Origin: Thecamonas trahens ATCC 50062
Taxonomy: Eukaryota; Protista; Apusomonadida
Assembly (NCBI RefSeq): GCF_000142905.1
Contig: NW_013657675.1
Location: forward strand, 1-64,000
Direction: 5' to 3'
DNA length: 64,000 nt
The first letter of the stretch is position 1. Each line of letters starts with the position of its first letter. Of the stretch, positions 61,634 to 64,000 are shown in pieces. The notes under the pieces are model-generated. The model saw only the letters and a list, made by a program, of their open reading frames with translations. It did no database searches and was not told the DNA's origin. A program made the translations under genes and the position numbers.

Positions 61634-64000
61634 TTACAACTTCTTGCGCCGCTTCCGCACGGGACCCACGTCTCCGCCACGCTCCTCCACCCCAGCCTCC
61701 TCTTCCGATCCCGATCCGGCGCTTGCCGTCGAGCCGCCTGCCGAGCCTGGCGCCGAGCCGGTGTCGCCGGACCGGGCCCGCTTGTTGCGGAGCGCGCGGT
61801 TGATCTCGTGCAGCCGCTTGGCCGGCGAGAGGCCAAAGTCGTACCGCGCGCCTGCTGCGGGGCCGGACCGCCGCGCCGGCGAGCGCGACCTCAGCGGCGA
61901 GAGGAACAGGTTCTGCTGCCCCACACGGACTGCGTCGAGCTTGTCGTCCAGCAAGTCGCCCTCAGTCGCCCGACTCTCTGCCGCCGTCTGCAGCTTGAGC
62001 AGGTACGGCTTCATGGCCGGGATGTAGACCTGGTTGTAGAAGGCAATGATGTCGCCGCTTGCTCCGCTGCTCGCCTCGAGCAGCACAGACTTGTAGACCT
62101 TGGACGACGCTTGCGGTTGCGCCCGGTACTGCTCGATGATCTTCTTGAATGTGTAGTCGGTGATCGAGTTTGCCCGCGCCACGCCGTAGAGTGTGCAGAT
62201 GACAAGCACGTCCAGGTGCCGCCGCCACAGCAGTGCGCGCGCCGCCACAAGCACGTGTGCCACGGCCTCCCACGACTGCACCATCACCAGTCGCGGCACG
62301 CCCAGTCTCGCGCACAGATCGGTCAGCCGCTTGAACAGCAGCCCGAGGACCTTCCGCATAAAGACCTCCAGCGAGACCGCGGTGCCGGACCGGGAGCTCC
62401 CGCTCGCCTTGCCCTCGGAGCTCGCTCCGCCTTCATCGTGAGCCGCTTCTTCGTCATCGTCACCGCTTCGGGGCTCCTGGAAAAGCGACGTCCGCGTCGG
62501 CCGCCGCCCGCTGCCTAGCCCGCCCGTTCGCGGCTTGCGCGGCGACTCGGCATAAAGGTCTGCCGGCCGCAGCACAGGCTTGCGCGCCAGCGACGAAAGC
62601 AGCGCATCCTTGGTCGTCTGCACAAACTCGTCGACGGCGGGCACGTATGGTGACTCGGCGCTCAGCAATCGCTCCAGCACCACAGACTGCCACGCGTGTG
62701 AGTCAAGCACAGACTCCTCCACCTCGCGGAGGTGCTGCCGCAGCGGCTCTGGCAGCCGCAGCCGCGCCGTCGCCGCCGTGATGAACGAGTCCAGGATCTT
62801 GACAAAGTGGAACGCGTCCACAGGCAGCGCGCCCAGCACCGCAGGGAACTCGGCTTGAGAGACCTTGTACGAGAAAATAACCACCTCGAGCGAGACCCCG
62901 ACAAGCGCAGTGTGGAACGCGTCCGACGCGAGGAGCGCCGAAAAGTCGGTCATTCCCAGCCGTGCCTCCTCGGACTCGAGCAAAACGTGAAGCACCTCGT
63001 AGTAGAGCGCAAGCCCGAGCGCAGCGCGCTCATTGCTCGCTCCGAGCTCGCCGCCAAGATCAACCTTGGCCACCAGGCCAGCCGCCCGGCCTGACACGCC
63101 GTCCACCGTCACGTTCTCAGCCGACGCTGCCTCTACAAACCGAGCCACTACGTCCGGGACAGGCACGCTCCCGTTCCGCGGCACGTCAAACATCGACCGC
63201 AGCCACCGCACCAGCGAGTGCGCAGACGACATCGGCGTCGCAGGCACACCGCTCCCACCGCTCCGTCCCCCGCGCGACGGTGACTCGGGATACCGCAGCG
63301 CAGAGTTGACCAGCGACGGCGACGCTGTCGCTGCAGCCAGCACCCGCCCCGCCCGCGCCGTGCTCGGCGTCCGCGGCGGCGTAACTGCGTAAAACTTGCG
63401 CGAGGACGTCGAGAGCTTAGAAACCCCGCTGAGCGGCCCGCCGCCCGGCCCCGACTCGGAGAGGAACGTCCGCTCGTCGAGCCCGCCCAAAGCCTCGTGG
63501 TGCGTCGAGTACTCGGCCGAGGCCTTGCCCAGCAGCGTGTGCAAGTGCTTGGCTACGCTGCCGGCACTGATTTTTGTCTTGCCGCGCGCCGCGCTCGACA
63601 TCCACCGTCCCAGCAGCTCGTCCAGTTTCTCCGCCATTGCCGACGTGTAAACCTCAACCAGGTGGTCCGGCTCAATCCTGTTCTCGCCAGCAAGAACGCG
63701 GAGGTGCGCCTCGACGCTCTCGCCGCTTCGCGCTGCCGCAAACGCGTCCGACAGCGAGGCGCCCGGCAGGAGCGACGTCGCCACGGCCACCACCGAGAGC
63801 AGCAGGTAGTACGAGTTGACCAGGTCCGGAGGTGAGCCGAGCAGCGCGTCGCGCGCAAGCACAAACAAATGCCAACCGAGCGAGTACATCAGCGGCTCGC
63901 CGCCGCCCTCGCTCCGCACAGCCCACGCCCATACCTTATCGTACTTTTGGAACAAGATCGTCGCCACCACAAACCCGCGCTCCACCATCTTGAGATGCGC
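61634..64000 (-). CDS. Retinoblastoma-family pocket protein (RB/p107/RBR), 5'-truncated by the window edge
   Basis: Pocket A: ATPMSSA, LYYEVL, FHTALVGVSLEVVIFSY, FHFVKILDSFI, QHLREVEESVLDSHAW. Pocket B: FMRKV, RLTDLC, RHLDVLVICTLYGVAR, FKKIIEQYRAQPQA, DIIAFYNQVYIP. C-terminal SPAKRLHEIN and RKRRKKL. Confidence 0.95.
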   Translation of the reverse strand, partial: AHLKMVERGFVVATILFQKYDKVWAWAVRSEGGGEPLMYSLGWHLFVLARDALLGSPPDLVNSYYLLLSVVAVATSLLPGASLSDAFAAARSGESVEAHLRVLAGENRIEPDHLVEVYTSAMAEKLDELLGRWMSSAARGKTKISAGSVAKHLHTLLGKASAEYSTHHEALGGLDERTFLSESGPGGGPLSGVSKLSTSSRKFYAVTPPRTPSTARAGRVLAAATASPSLVNSALRYPESPSRGGRSGGSGVPATPMSSAHSLVRWLRSMFDVPRNGSVPVPDVVARFVEAASAENVTVDGVSGRAAGLVAKVDLGGELGASNERAALGLALYYEVLHVLLESEEARLGMTDFSALLASDAFHTALVGVSLEVVIFSYKVSQAEFPAVLGALPVDAFHFVKILDSFITAATARLRLPEPLRQHLREVEESVLDSHAWQSVVLERLLSAESPYVPAVDEFVQTTKDALLSSLARKPVLRPADLYAESPRKPRTGGLGSGRRPTRTSLFQEPRSGDDDEEAAHDEGGASSEGKASGSSRSGTAVSLEVFMRKVLGLLFKRLTDLCARLGVPRLVMVQSWEAVAHVLVAARALLWRRHLDVLVICTLYGVARANSITDYTFKKIIEQYRAQPQASSKVYKSVLLEASSGASGDIIAFYNQVYIPAMKPYLLKLQTAAESRATEGDLLDDKLDAVRVGQQNLFLSPLRSRSPARRSGPAAGARYDFGLSPAKRLHEINRALRNKRARSGDTGSAPGSAGGSTASAGSGSEEEAGVEERGGDVGPVRKRRKKL

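Noticed and set aside
4551-64000. Numerous long antisense and alternate-frame ORFs (e.g. 13359-15311 +, 23968-25665 +, 7989-9278 -)
   Set aside because: Shadow ORFs expected from extreme GC3 bias opposite real genes; no motifs.
1-64000. Autonomous transposons, endogenous viral genes, rRNA
   Set aside because: No RT, integrase, transposase, capsid or rRNA signatures recognised.

Overview
A very GC-rich, gene-dense, intron-poor eukaryotic scaffold from a draft assembly with four N-gaps. Composition, sparse short GT-AG introns and gene content suggest a flagellated unicellular relative of opisthokonts; an apusomonad such as Thecamonas is plausible but cannot be proven from the sequence alone. 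About 24 protein genes and one tRNA-Lys(UUU) are supportable. Recognisable housekeeping genes: URB1/Npa1, purple acid phosphatase, HPS1, peroxisomal carnitine acyltransferase, TRPC4AP, biotin-protein ligase, DHHC palmitoyltransferase, TauE/SafE-like transporter, PNKP, COG3 and a retinoblastoma-family protein. The most unusual proteins are: (i) a HELZ2-type Zn-finger/UPF1-helicase/RNB/degenerate-helicase protein whose RNB catalytic motif appears broken; (ii) a single-chain EF-hand + ubiquitin-like + calcineurin-type phosphatase with a ~400-aa insertion inside the catalytic domain; (iii) a triple-WWE/RGG Deltex ligase; (iv) a 4xMRH mannose-6-phosphate-receptor-like lectin; (v) a compact CEP295-like protein; (vi) a KCNMB/TipE-like two-TM protein. 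At the DNA level, genes between about 3 and 47 kb mostly alternate in orientation. Convergent stop codons lie only 9-64 bp apart in six pairs, while nearly every divergent interval carries its own tandem-repeat array, and several arrays share a CGAT(T/C) core. Nine conserved or plausible reading frames are broken by single-base frameshifts, eight in the same direction at short G/C runs; these are most likely sequencing errors.
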